From the NCBI GenBank assembly GCA_977020255.1, contig CDROCS010000615.1, positions 1-64,000 on the forward strand: a stretch of 64,000 nt of DNA, given 5' to 3'. The notes beneath the pieces are model-generated. The model was given only the letters and a program-made list of their open reading frames with translations, searched no databases and was not told the DNA's origin. This document shows positions 1-13,520 of this stretch, piece after piece; within the stretch, counting starts at the first letter, position 1; each line of letters opens with the position of its first letter. The stretch comes from Obrimoposthia wandeli. Its lineage: Eukaryota. Position numbers and translations under genes: made by a program.

Positions 1-458
1 TATCCCTAAGACCTAAGATAACAACTTTACCAGAAGTGAAAATATTCACACACAATGGATTATATTTCGTTAATCTTAAGCATGGGAAAATTCCAGGTTC
101 AAAAGTGCATTCATTACGTAATACATTCCTCAATGTGAATAAATTAATAGTTTCACCTATATTTTTCACATACAGTAATTGACGAATTTTTGAAAGTAAC
201 TTTAGTTTTTTTAAAGGAAAGAAATACTTTTGATGGTTCTTTAGAACCCATAATTCGACATTTACCATTTTATGTTTCTAAAATTATAATTGTGTAATCT
301 TTACACTTATAAACATATTGGGCTGGTCTTATTTAAAATTTTAATTTTGAAAAATCACTTAAACAAATTCCTTTATAATTAATATTTGTCAACATTGTAA
401 GTATAGTACTTAATTTGAGTGTAGTATTTATATATATATATTCTTTTTTTAGATCAAA

Positions 459-1496
459 ATGTCTCAAGGTCAAACAATTTGCCAACAATATCCGTCTCAT
501 TGTCAAAAATTACAACATTTAGATTCAAGAAAATGTCACAATAAAATGAAACAGTATTATGGGTACAAATATCATCAAAATATTTATTACATTTGTCCAT
601 ATTGTTCAACTACAGAACTGGCTAATTATATGGATTTTATGAAAAACATTATCATCATTTAACTGCATTTGTAAGCAGTAAAAAAATGATGTTCAAAGTT
701 CCAGATGAAATTCGTAAAAATTCAATTCCGACTATTGATTTAAATTCAATTCCGACTACGGATTCAAATTCTAATCCAATCGCAGTTCCGGCTCCATCTC
801 GAAAGAAACGTTGATGATGGAATTAACTCTAAAACATCGATAGGAGGAAGTTATTCGACGATATCAATGAAAGTCGCTCATCTGGACCTGATTGATTTGA
901 AAGTTCCGGATAATCTTTTAGTGAAAGTAGTAGAAATAAAAATAATATGGGCAATGCAAAAATTCAATACATTATACGGATGAAATTTGAAAAAGAGGAT
1001 GGCGAAACTAAAAGAATGGTACGCATCTTATAAGGCAGTTATATTTAGTTACGAAAAATTCCTGAAATTGAAGAAACTATGGTTAAGAAAGTTGAAGAAT
1101 ATTCGGAAAATGGAAGTGGATGAAAATTGATAAAGGTTTTAGAATATGCATTTGTTATGACGAAATATAGTGAAATATCTGCTTTATCAGGACATTCATT
1201 CATTCCAACACCAAAATCGTTATCAAAAAGTAAAGCCGTTGTAAATGTTCAAAACAATGACAACCTCTGTTTTATTTATGCAATTCTAGCTGTTTTGAAA
1301 CATGATGAAATTACTAGTCATACAACTCGTGTAGGAAAGTATTCACCATTTTTGAAAGATTTGGTGTTGGACGAAATAGATATGCCAATTAAAATTTCAA
1401 ACATACCAAAATATGAAACAAAAAGAACCTAAATATAAGAATAAATGTATTTTTATACAACGATTTCGTCAATGAAGAAAAAGATGTTGATGTTAT
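459..1496 (+). pseudogene. PolB N-terminal copy 1, frameshifted and truncated
   Basis: Same sequence as copies 2 and 3 but with several single-base indels that break the frame. Confidence 0.85.
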
Positions 1497-1867
1497 AAGC
1501 ATGGCAAAATTCCAGGTTCAAAAGTGCATTCATTACGTAATACATTCCTCAATGTGAATAAATTAATAGTTTCACCTATATTTTCACATACAGTAATTGA
1601 CTGAATTTTAGTAACTTTGATTTTTAAAGGAAAAGAAATACTTTTAAGTGGTTCTTTAGAACCCATAATTCGACATTTACCATTTCTAAAAATTATAATT
1701 GTGTAATCTTTACACTTATAAACATATTGGGCTGGTCTTATTTAAAATTTTAATTTTGAAAAATCACTTAAACAAATTCCTTTATAATTAATATTTGTCA
1801 ACATTGTAAGTATAGTACTTAATTTGAGTGTAGTATTTATATATATATATTCTTTTTTTAGATCAAA

Positions 1868-2905
1868 ATGTCTCAAGGTCAAACAATTTGCCAACAATAT
1901 CCGTCTCATTGTCAAGAATTACAACATTTAGATTCAAGAAAATGTCACAATAAAATGAAACAGTATTATGGGTACAAATATCATCAAAATATTTATTACA
2001 TTTGTCCATATTGTTCAACTACAGAACTGGCTAATTATATGGATTTTTATGAAAAACATTATCATCATTTAACTGCATTTGTAAGCAGTAAAAAAATGAT
2101 GTTCAAAGTTCCAGATGAAATTCGTAAAAATTCAATTCCGACTATTGATTTAAATTCAATTCCGACTACGGATTTAAATTCTAATCCAATCGCAGTTCCG
2201 GCTCCATCTCGAAAGAGAAACGTTGATGATGGAATTAACTCTAAAACATCGATAGGAGGAAGTTATTCGACGATATCAATGAAAGTCGCTCATCTGGACC
2301 TGATTGATTTGAAAGTTCCGGATAATCTTTTAGTGAAAGTAGTAGAAATAAAGAATAATATGGGCAATGCAAAAATTCAATACATTATACGGATGAAATT
2401 TGAAAAAGAGGATGGCGAAACTAAAGAATGGTACGCATCTTATAAGGCGGTTATATTTAGTTACGAAAAAATTCCTGAAATTGAAGAAACTATGGTTAAG
2501 AAAGTTGAAGAATATTCGGAAAATGGAAGTGGATGAAAATTGATAAAGGTTTTAGAATATGCATTTGTTATGACGAAATATAGTGAAATATCTGCTTTAT
2601 CAGGACATTCATTCATTCCAACACCAAAATCGTTATCAAAAAGTAAAGCCGTTGTAAATGTTCAAAACAATGACAACCTCTGTTTTATTTATGCAATTCT
2701 AGCTGTTTTGAAACATGATGAAATTACTAGTCATACAACTCGTGTAGGAAAGTATTCACCATTTTTGAAAGATTTGGTGTTTGACGAAATAGATATGCCA
2801 ATGAAGATTTCAAACATACCAAAATTTGAAACAAAGAACCTAAATATAAGAATAAATGTATTTTTATACAACGATTTCGTCAATGAAGAAAAAGATGTTG
2901 ATGTT
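1868..2905 (+). pseudogene. PolB N-terminal copy 2, truncated at the repeat junction
   Basis: ORFs 1868-2536 and 2540-2968 are in frame across one TGA (ENGSG*KLIKV). Confidence 0.85.
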
Positions 2906-3278
2906 ATAAGCATGGGAAAATTCCAGGTTCAAAAGTGCATTCATTACGTAATACATTCCTCAATGTGAATAAATTAATAGTTTCACCTATATTTTCACAT
3001 ACAGTAATTGACTGAATTTTAGTAACTTTGATTTTTAAAGGAAAAGAAATACTTTTAAGTGGTTCTTTAGAACCCATAATTCGACATTTACCATTTCTAA
3101 AAATTATAATTGTGTAATCTTTACACTTATAAACATATTGGGCTGGTCTTATTTAAAATTTTAATTTTGAAAAATCACTTAAACAAATTCCTTTATAATT
3201 AATATTTGTCAACATTGTAAGTATAGTACTTAATTTGAGTGTAGTATTTATATATATATATTCTTTTTTTAGATCAAA

Positions 3279-5642
3279 ATGTCTCAAGGTCAAACAATTT
3301 GCCAACAATATCCGTCTCATTGTCAAGAATTACAACATTTAGATTCAAGAAAATGTCACAATAAAATGAAACAGTATTATGGGTACAAATATCATCAAAA
3401 TATTTATTACATTTGTCCATATTGTTCAACTACAGAACTGGCTAATTATATGGATTTTTATGAAAAACATTATCATCATTTAACTGCATTTGTAAGCAGT
3501 AAAAAAATGATGTTCAAAGTTCCAGATGAAATTCGTAAAAATTCAATTCCGACTATTGATTTAAATTCAATTCCGACTACGGATTTAAATTCTAATCCAA
3601 TCGCAGTTCCGGCTCCATCTCGAAAGAGAAACGTTGATGATGGAATTAACTCTAAAACATCGATAGGAGGAAGTTATTCGACGATATCAATGAAAGTCGC
3701 TCATCTGGACCTGATTGATTTGAAAGTTCCGGATAATCTTTTAGTGAAAGTAGTAGAAATAAAGAATAATATGGGCAATGCAAAAATTCAATACATTATA
3801 CGGATGAAATTTGAAAAAGAGGATGGCGAAACTAAAGAATGGTACGCATCTTATAAGGCGGTTATATTTAGTTACGAAAAAATTCCTGAAATTGAAGAAA
3901 CTATGGTTAAGAAAGTTGAAGAATATTCGGAAAATGGAAGTGGATGAAAATTGATAAAGGTTTTAGAATATGCATTTGTTATGACGAAATATAGTGAAAT
4001 ATCTGCTTTATCAGGACATTCATTCATTCCAACACCAAAATCGTTATCAAAAAGTAAAGCCGTTGTAAATGTTCAAAACAATGACAACCTCTGTTTTATT
4101 TATGCAATTCTAGCTGTTTTGAAACATGATGAAATTACTAGTCATACAACTCGTGTAGGAAAGTATTCACCATTTTTGAAAGATTTGGTGTTTGACGAAA
4201 TAGATATGCCAATGAAGATTTCAAACATACCAAAATTTGAAACAAAGAACCTAAATATAAGAATAAATGTATTTTTATACAACGATTTCGTCAATGAAGA
4301 AAAAGATGTTGATGTTATAAAACATCCCTATATAGACATTGCATATAGATCGAAGAAAAAGAATGGACAGATTGTTAATTTGCTACTGTTGGAGCATAAT
4401 GAATGTTTTCATTACATTGCTGTAACCAATCCTGATCGTCTTTTAAATATTAGGTCTAACTCCATAAGAATTTCTCGAAAATGGTGCGAAAAGTGTCTGC
4501 ATGGTTTTAGATCAGATGTAGCATTGGATAAGCATATTGTTTTATGTGATTTAAATAATGAAGGTACAACAATGTATACCATGCCAAAGGAAAAATATGT
4601 CAAATTCACAGATTGGTCAAAAACAGTGTCTCCTAAATATGTAGTTTACGCAGACTTTGAGGCGACTTTAGTACCTGATGATGAGTATTATCAAAAACAT
4701 ATGCCAATAGCATCGGGTTTGCTATTTATGAGTACTGATGAAAAATAAAAGTCATATTATTATAATGTCGGTCCTGATTGTGTATACAGTTTTCTATCTA
4801 CGTTGGAATATTTTGCAAATAACATAGTTTTACCCTGGTATGTAAGAGCAACGCAAAATAAAATATTACCGTTGACTTTTAAGGAAAACTTTGAATTTCA
4901 ACATGCTAGCAAATGTTATCTTTGTCGCGAAACTAGTGATTATTATGTTAAAGATCATGATCATAATACCGGGAAATATTTAGGTGCAGCATGTAATACT
5001 TGTAATCTTTCAAGAAAACTTCGACCAGTATTACCAGTCGTATTTCATAATCTACGAGGTTATGATTTACATCATATACTAAAGCATGCTTAACATAGGT
5101 TTCCAAAATGGAAAATAAATGTAATACCACAATCAACGGAAAAGTTTCAAGCCATGATTGTACACTTGGATAAAATATCAATTCGTTTTATAGACTCTTT
5201 ACAATTTTTACAATCGTCTTTGGAAAAATTAGTAAATACATTACCGAGTATCCCGTTGACAAGAACCGTATTCCCTTCTAAACTTATTGATGGAAAGGGT
5301 ATTTTTCCTTATGACTTTGCTACTTCTTTGGCTGTTCTGGAGAATAAAACATGTTTACCATCAAAATGGAGTGAAAAAATTACAGACGAAGAATATCAAA
5401 AGGCGCAAGATGTTTGGGAACTGATGAAATGTAAAAATATGGTAGACTATATGCTTGTATATTTGAAGACAGATGTGTATTTGTTAGCCGACGTCTTTCA
5501 AACGTTTCGAAGAAAAGCAATCGATGAAGATGGTTTGGAACCTCTTAACTTTTTCAGTATTCCAGGATTAAGTTGGGCTAGCGCACTAAAAATGCTAGAT
5601 CATAAAGTTGAACTAATGCAAGATCCTGAAATTTTTACATGA
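3279..5642 (+). pseudogene. Protein-primed DNA polymerase B (Polinton/adintovirus type), 5' half
   Basis: Four in-frame ORF segments separated by single stops (3945, 4746, 5091). Motifs include CPYC zinc finger, GSG(W), KAVVNVQNNDNLCF, VYADFE (ExoI), CYLC..DHDHNTGKYLGAACNTCN (endonuclease VII-like), VFHNLRGYDLH (ExoII), RFIDSLQFL, KGIFPYD and YLKTDVYLLADVF (ExoIII). Confidence 0.92.
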
Positions 5643-6534
5643 TTAAACTCGTAATATGTTGACGAATACAACCATGTACTTGAAACTATGAAATTCCAAT
5701 TTTTTTTAACCCTTCATCTATGGACGACCATACATATATGGATGAATTCGTCTTCTAAAGATGATTCCAACCTTGTATTCAAACCTTGACATTTAAAACT
5801 TGATTTTGTCTATATCCCGACCCCTTCATATATGACCGACCATACTTTATGGGTGAATTCACCTTCTAAAGTTGATTCCAACCATGTACTAAAACCTTGA
5901 TATTTTAAACTTGACTTTGTTTTTAGCCCGACCCTTTCACCTATGGACGACCACAACCCTTTAGATGTGATGGCCAACCATAGTTGACCTTAATTATACC
6001 TTCAAAGTTTCAAGTCAAAACTGACCTTGACCCTTTGAATTATGGACGTCCATGACCCTTTAGATGTGATGGCCAACCATAGTTGACCTCAATTATACCT
6101 TCAAAGTTTCAAGTCAAAACTGAGTCCAACCCTTTGACCTATGGACGACCAAAACCCCTTGGGTATGTTGGCCGACCATAGTTGACCTTAATTATACCTT
6201 CAAACATTCAAGTTCAAACTGAGTCCGACCCTTTGACCTATGGCCGACCACAACCCCTTGGGTATGTTGGCCGACCATAGTTGACCTTAATTATACCTTC
6301 AAACATTCAAGTTCAAACTGAGTCCGACCCTTTGACCTATGGACGACCACAACCCCTTGGGTATGTTGGCCGACCATAGACGGTCACGACCATACCTTCA
6401 AACCTTCATAACCTTTCTGAGCCAGACCCTTATGGTGTGGCAAGACACCCCTATGGTGAGGCAACATATACCCTTATGGTGTGACACCCTTTAACTTGGT
6501 GTGCGCACACAGGGGGGGACCCCCCAGTGGTCTA
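5643..6534 (+). mobile_element. Non-autonomous insertion with TGACC-rich repeats and a Helitron-like 3' end
   Basis: Interrupts PolB. Ends with palindrome GTGTGCGCACAC, a GGGGGG/CCCCCC hairpin, then AGTGGTCTAG. The canonical TC start and A/T target site are not seen. Confidence 0.4.
5930..6385 (+). repeat. 99-bp tandem repeat, about 4.6 copies
   Basis: The (C/T)TATGG(A/C)CG motif recurs at 5941, 6040, 6139, 6238 and 6337. Confidence 0.9.
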
Positions 6535-6849
6535 GACTCCATCAATGTACCTGCATCGGCGAAATATTTCACCATCTTAATCAATAATTAAGCTCCATTT
6601 AATTCCAAAAAATGTAAACTTAACAATTTTTTAAAAAATTTGTAAAGTTGGTTTAAAGCTTGATTCATAATTATTTAATTGATAAAATCGTTTAGAAATA
6701 TATATAAAAAAGTTATTTTCATTGATGCTCGAATTTTTCGAACTGATCGTTTTTAGAAGTAGGATTTTTAGTAGAAATTGGCGTTCTTTCTTATTTTGGG
6801 TTATTTTGGTAATAAATACTTAGTTTTCAGAAAATTTAGACATATATGT

Positions 6850-7330
6850 TTGGCTGTCCATATCTCAAGTTGTGTCAAACACATTGAAGGGTGTCATGAA
6901 TGGACTTATGCTCAGAAGATCTGCCCTCACAAAAATTATGAAGTTTGGTTTGGAGTTCAGTGTACATTTTCTTTGTTATTTTCCTCGGTATGATACCACG
7001 TTCATATTAGATAAGAATCCTTGTAAGCACTCAATGAGCTTCCAGACTGTATGATGATAATGTCCAACAAGTGATTGAAAATTTTTGTTCCATCCTTCTG
7101 AAACATTATTAGTGCATGGCTGGTCTGCGAGAGGGACATCGTGCATATTCCATCGTGTTCGTATAAATATGAATCTACCGGCCAGTTGGGTGCCCGAGGT
7201 TGAAGTTGAACGATTAAATACGTTCTGTCAAAGAAATCAAGCAGTGGATAAGCTTCTTGCAAGTGCATCTATTATACCACAAAATAAATGAAAGTCATTA
7301 TCAATTCCATACAGATTACTAAGACCCAAA
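6850..7330 (-). pseudogene. MULE (Mutator-like) transposase C-terminal remnant
   Basis: Minus-strand frames read LLDFFDRTYL and RWNMHDVPLADQPCTNNVSEGWNKNFQSLVGHYHHTVWKLIECLQ, matching the MULE WN..RTNN..EGWN..F...VG..H..IWK pattern. Confidence 0.7.
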
Positions 7331-7346
7331 TGTTATATGAGCAAGA

Positions 7347-8560
7347 ATAATATTTGTCAACGAGCACAAGGTTGATGCAGTGAATGGTTGTGAGCTTTTG
7401 TACATTGATGTGAATAATCTTTATAGATGGGCCATGTCCTAATATTTACCTTGTGGGCATTTTAAGTGGGTAACTGACCAGTTAGAGTTAGGGGTTATAA
7501 TTTCCGAGCTCTCATTTAAGGATTTAAGTTGTAGTAGCTTTGCTCATTTGATGGAGGTGGACTTATCCATTCCTAAAGAGATGCACGATAAACTAGACGA
7601 TGTCTCCTTAGCTCCGCGAAAGGAATGCCCTATTGGTAGTAAATAACCAAAACTACTTCTGACTCATTATCCTAAAAAGTATTATGTTGTGCATTCCAAA
7701 ATGCTTCAAATGTACATAACACTTGGTGCGAAAGTAGATTATGTACATAGTAATTAGTAACTAATGATTTTGCAAAGTATATTGAGGATAATTCCGCGAA
7801 AAGGGCTAGTGCTGCAAATGATTTTGAGCGGGAATATTATAAATTGAAGGTTAATTCTCTGTTTGGTAAGTTAATATATAATTTAATGAAGATAATTAAT
7901 CTCAGTATTTGTAATACGCCACAAAAGCTTGTTACATATTGTAAGGCCCAATTCCGTAGGACGATGAAAATTGACATTAACATAATAGCTGTTTTACTAA
8001 ATATGCAAACTGTCGTTTTAGATCATCGTAGTTATATTGGTCATGCAGTTCTGGATTTGAGTAAGTTAAGGATGTATGAGCTTCAATATGTTCAATTAGA
8101 GAAATATAGATGTCAGTTTAATTGCGACATTCAAATAATTGCTGGTGACACTGATAGCTTTTTTCTAAAGTTTGATAATGTAGATGTGCAAGCTACACTA
8201 TTACCAGCAATGATTTCGGATGAGTTTTTAGACACATCGAAATTCCCTATAAACCATCTTTTATTTACTTTAGCCAATACCACGATAGGCAAGTTTAAGG
8301 ATGAAAGTAAGGGTGTCTGTAGATATAAGCAATGGGTATGTTTACGCCCCAAATCATATAGCTTAGAAACTATAGACGGAAAGTCCCAGATGAGAGCAAA
8401 GGGAATTATTTAGCTGCATATGAGAGTGGGGTTAGTGAACGAGTGCAACAACAACGCATTACTTCAATTAATCCCCAGCTCTATACCGTAAATATGAGTA
8501 AGATCGCATTGAGTAGAAATGACGATAAGAGAAAATGAGTAGAGAAGAACAGGTCAGTTG
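7347..8560 (+). pseudogene. Protein-primed DNA polymerase B, 3' (polymerase) half
   Basis: LLYIDVNNLYRWAMS*YLPCGHFKW (motif A), YYKLKVNSLFGK (motif B), IAGDTDSFF (motif C), GKFKDES, LRPKSYS and RAKGI. Confidence 0.9.
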
Positions 8561-9780
8561 TCTACGGACAGCACCGACTTCCAGATGTTTTTTCACTTGA
8601 ATGATTGTTTTTGTATGTTTAAATTTATATGTCACAAATTTATTGTACCTAATTTTTTCTTTTAGGTTTAATAAATATTTGTATTCAATTTGTCTTTGTC
8701 TTTTTAAAATGCCATTTTGAAGTATATTTTTCGTAAAAATTCTAAAACATTTATAAAAGCTTTTCTTGGTGTAAAAATATTTTTAAATTTCTGTGTAAAA
8801 TTTTATTTCTTAATTATAAATTTTTTTTTTAATTATGTGTAACATTTTTTTTTAAACTATAAAAACTTTGTAAAAAATTTGTGTAAAATTTAAAAAAATT
8901 ATTTTTAGAATTTTTAAAATTTATTTTTTAAAACAGCCATTTTGGAATTTTTAAATTTTGCACATAAATTGAATAGTAAAACAAAAATGTGACCTTGGCA
9001 CGTGCCACAGTTACCATGACAACAATACACACATACGGCACGTGTCCGTATTATATAAATTTATTCAAACGTTTTAGCACGTGTTGGAACTATTCATCAT
9101 AAAGACATTATAAAAACACTTTGTATAAATACATCAAGTTCATACTTAGTAATTTAATATAAATTAGGTGAATGTATCTAGGTTATTATATATCATGTGT
9201 TTAATTCAAAATTTTATTATCCATTGTTAATTAAAATTTGTTTTACTGCATCAATAATGATGTAAATTCCATCTAATATGTTTTCAACTTGCTTACATCA
9301 CTCATGCATGTGTGTGTGAATAATTAGACAGATGTTGCCATTTAGTTACATCACTCAGACATGTGTGTGTAAATAATTAGATAGATGTTGTCAGTTGGTT
9401 AGTTCACTCAGACATGTAAATTATTAGACAGATATTGACACTTGGAAACATCTTATTAAAATTTTAACTACCTTAAATAGTTTACTTATATTTGATGAGT
9501 AACTAAAATCAATCAAGTTCTATAAATATTTACAGATGACTTACTTTGATTTATAAAATAACTTTAAGAATTAAATGTATCTATGTATGTATGTGAGCAT
9601 ATTTGATTACTAGTAGATTAACAAAGACATCAGATGACATATCTTGCACATATATAATAAAGCTTAATCATGAATGTATGTGTAAGTATGTTTCTATGTA
9701 AAGCTTAATCATGTATGTATGTGTAAATTTGTATGTGTTTAATAAAGCTTATGTATATTACCAGATATCTAATTACATGT

Positions 9781-10050
9781 GTATATCTATTCATTTCTCC
9801 TGCACCTGCTGTCCCCTCTACTACGCTTCCAGTTATGCTTCCTCCATCAACAGTTGATATGATTCCCGCGCTGTTACCAGCATCTACCCGCAAGAGAAGT
9901 GTTATGCCTACTTCAGATAGCTCTGTTGCAAAGTTGCCCAGGGTTGATGCCGTTAACGGCACGGGGATCATACCAAATGCTGATGGAGGAGGCTTAAATG
10001 GAAGTGCAGTAGAGGGGATAGCAGATGCAGGAGAAATGAATAGATATACC
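9781..10050. repeat. Imperfect inverted repeat (foldback), arms ~115 bp
   Basis: 9781-9895 is the reverse complement of ~9933-10050, e.g. GTATATCTATTCATTTCTCCTGCA versus TGCAGGAGAAATGAATAGATATAC. Confidence 0.85.
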
Positions 10051-10785
10051 TCAATAAATTGACATTAGATATTTTGATATATTTTAAAAGGTTTTATACA
10101 GCTATATTCATTCATGAATAATTAACGTGTTTGATATAGCAAATATTTACTATATTTGATTCATTGGATATTTGTTGTGTTTTACTAGGGGTTTAACAGA
10201 TTTACATGTATTTATTGTAAATATTAATGTATTTGATATCATATTTGAGTTATTTGATGTGTTTTACTTGTGGTTAAACATATTTACATGCATTTATTGA
10301 TTAACTTGATATGTGTGTTGATGTGTGTTTTACATGGAATATGCAGATATTTAATTAATTATCATGGATTTAGTATATTTGATTTGTTTTATGATTCATG
10401 AATTCAGTAGAATGAAAGTATTTCAATATATTTACAAGTTCTCATTCATGGGTTGACACTGATAAGTATTTTCATTGATTTTCATAAGTATTAGGATATG
10501 AGATTACCAGTCATGTAATTACATGATAATAATTAGTACTATAAGTTATTCTCACATATACTGATTTTATAGATTCTTGATGTAGACTGTTCTTAACATT
10601 CATATGTTTTCAAATACTTGCACAATCAGAACACACACATCTTTACATACATTTATTTCCAAATATAGACATGTACACATGCACCAACTCCCCTTGTTAT
10701 TGTCATCCAATTAGAAGCTTGCAATATTTTGCAAATACTTGAATCAATTAATCAGAACATGCACATATTCCCATATATTTATGCG

Positions 10786-10819
<34 letters not shown>

Positions 10820-11139
10820 CAGCAGCTCTCCATGAAATTATCTTAACTAACGCGTTATTTTCCTCTTAACTAGCACAAGATTTCCCTAACTACCATGTTA
10901 TTTTCCTATTTTTAAACCACACAACTCCAACGAGATTTCCCTAACTACCACGAGATTTAGCTAAATACCACGCTATTATCCTAACTACCGCGGTATTATC
11001 CTCTAATCATGTAAAATGACTTATAATAATCTCGTTCAAAATCATTATTATATGTATGAAATCTAGTCTACATCTAAAGCAATCCGGGGTTACATTTTTG
11101 GATAATGAGTTTAAAGTCCAATGGAATCATCCTAGATCC

Positions 11140-11470
11140 TTCTAAATATATATCAAATTGGGTGAACATATCAATAATTTCTCTAGAATCACTTAAATAT
11201 CATAGATTTCTTGAAAATATCATACATTTATCTTCTAGAATCTGCTCAATAACACGAATTTTCTGAACATATCATTAGTGTTTATTCTTGAACCATATAA
11301 ATATCAATAATTTCCTAGATATTTCATTAATTCTATCGCTAGAACAACCTAAATATCATAACTTTCCTTGAACATATCATTACTTTCTCTTCTAGAATCA
11401 CCTAAATATTGCAAATTTGCTAGATATATCATTAATGTTTTTTCTAGAAATACCTAAATATCACTAATTT
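11140..11470. repeat. Degenerate ~48-bp tandem repeats, with more copies at ~12060-12200
   Basis: Recurring CCTAAATATCA...TTCC..GAA.ATATCATTA motif. Confidence 0.6.
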
Positions 11471-12553
11471 CTGTGACCTCTTGTAAACAAAATGATAAAA
11501 GCAGTCTTCTTTGTATAATAAAGTCTTCCAATATTAGTTTCTAAGATTTTCAAGTATATCATGTTATTCATTCAGGATACTTTCATCTACTTCCATCTAA
11601 TTGATCAGTTACCCGGGTGAATCTCTAACTGGTGAAAATTGGGATTATCAAAATACATTCACCCTCAGAGTTAATAATAATGTTGATCGATAAACATGCT
11701 TCAACCGTGAATTATTCAAGCATAACCTTGGTACAATTCCATAGTAGATCCTGCTGTAAGGATATGAAAGCGCACGCAATCCTATGATAATATCTTACCT
11801 GGCGAAGATATTGATAAGTTCAGTCATTGGAAGTAGTCTTGTTGTAAGCATATCTGCATCCAATAAAGCAATGTAAAGAGATTCATACTTTCTCCACCAT
11901 ATTGATCACATTTTGGTAGACGTTATTGATTGCGGAGCAGTCTCTGATATCATCATATGGACTAAATTTTCAATAAGCCTACTAAACTGAATCAAATACG
12001 CACTCCATACATGTGTATTGTTCCCTAGATTTTCCCAATCAAGTGAAAGATTCCAAGCAATATTACTAAATATCATATAATTTATCCTTTAGAAGCACCT
12101 TAATATCAAAGATTTCCTGGAAATATCATTAATTTAGCCTTTAGAACCACCTAAATATCGTAAATTTCCAAAGCATATCATTAATTTCCTGAATATATCA
12201 ATACTTTTAGAATATAATATAGAACATATAGTTGTTATTATGATAAACAATATCGATACGGAATTGAAAAAGATATAGATGTAATGTTTTATAATTATAT
12301 TTTTGTATGTACCTTGTACATATTTTGTGAGTATTGTATTTTTGTAAGTATTCACATACAGACATGCACACACACAATAGTCTCTATGTTCTATTTTCTT
12401 TGTTCTATTCAATCAACTTGTAAATTTTTGTAGGTATTCACACACACACAAAATTACTATAGTTTATTTGTTATATATTTTTTCTAAGTATTCACACACA
12501 ATATTACTATAGTATATTTCCTTCCTCAATATATATATATATATTGATATATA

Positions 12554-12700
12554 TGTTGGGGTTTCTATTTGAAACTAGATCCTCGTATGGAGGCCCCCAA
12601 CGTAAGTTCTGTAGCAATAGGGCTTACATATGTGTGTGGCTTATTTAGATTTTATCTCACTTAACTAAGTCTCGAGTCTGAAGATTTTTTGTGCTAATGT
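12554..12700 (-). mobile_element. Ty3/Gypsy LTR 3' end fragment
   Basis: TGTTGGGGTTTCTATTTGAAACTAGATCCTCGTATGGAGG is the reverse complement of the LTR ends at 20613 and 58168. Confidence 0.7.
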
Positions 12701-13146
12701 AGTGTGAGGTGTGTATAGAGTTGTGTACATAAGGTACCGCAAAGGGTTTTCTTATTGTAGAATGGTGTATAGAGGGATTGGCATTATCTGATCCTAGGTG
12801 GGTTGATTTAGGGTAATAGTACTTGTTTGTAGGAAATATCTATTCTTTATTTCACACTAATATGTTTCTAAAACTTACAGACAACTAATCTTATGATACT
12901 TTATTCAATTTCACACACTAGATGAGGATGCCCTTAACCTAACTTATTGATTTTAGTTTTACCATGTCCTTCTGCAGGTTTCCAAAATTCAGTGTAATTC
13001 GAGATAACCTTTATGATTTAAACCTAATTATTTAATTCACTGAATTTTATATAATATTGCTTCACGATTTAAGTTAAATATAATATGGTTTCAAAAATTC
13101 AATCTAAACACAATATTATTTTTCAATACAAGTTAAATATAATATG

Positions 13147-13520
13147 AGTAGGTAGATGTGTGACTTCTGGAACAAAGTGCCTCCCTGAATACAAGTTCAG
13201 GTCATGATGAGGACAAAATGTAGGTCAAGTTAAGGTCACGATAAGGACAAAATGTAGGTGATGTGCGTCTTTCAGGATAAAGACATTTTGAGCATACCCC
13301 ACCCCTCTTGAGCACAGCTTAAGGTCACGATGATGTCATGACCTCATGAGGACAATGTTATTTAAGGTCAAGGTCATTTAAGGTCACGATGAGTTCAAAA
13401 ATATGACTCATTGCATGACTCATATTCTACTTTTAGTAACATACTTTAAAACTATATATATTTTATCTAAAGGTTGTATTAACACGCGGTCTTCACCAAA
13501 AGACATCTCGTGTGTGTCTG
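13147..13520 (+). repeat. Polinton long-type left TIR
   Basis: Starts AGTAGGTAGATGTGTGACTTCTGGAACAAAG. Inverted homology to 19600-19884 and direct homology to 56474 onward. Confidence 0.7.

Larger units (their letters stand above)
77..4320 (+). repeat. Tandem triplication (~1410 bp unit) of the promoter region and 5' part of Polinton PolB
   Basis: Near-identical ORFs start at 459, 1868 and 3279. The junction TTATAA|GCATGG recurs near 1497 and 2906. Only the third unit continues into the rest of PolB. Confidence 0.95.

Noticed and set aside
2534-5093. Stop-codon reassignment (TGA=Trp or TAA=Gln) in PolB
   Set aside because: TGG and CAA are used normally in the same ORFs. The TAA at 5091 aligns with Leu in the 16720 paralogue, and frameshifts show general decay.
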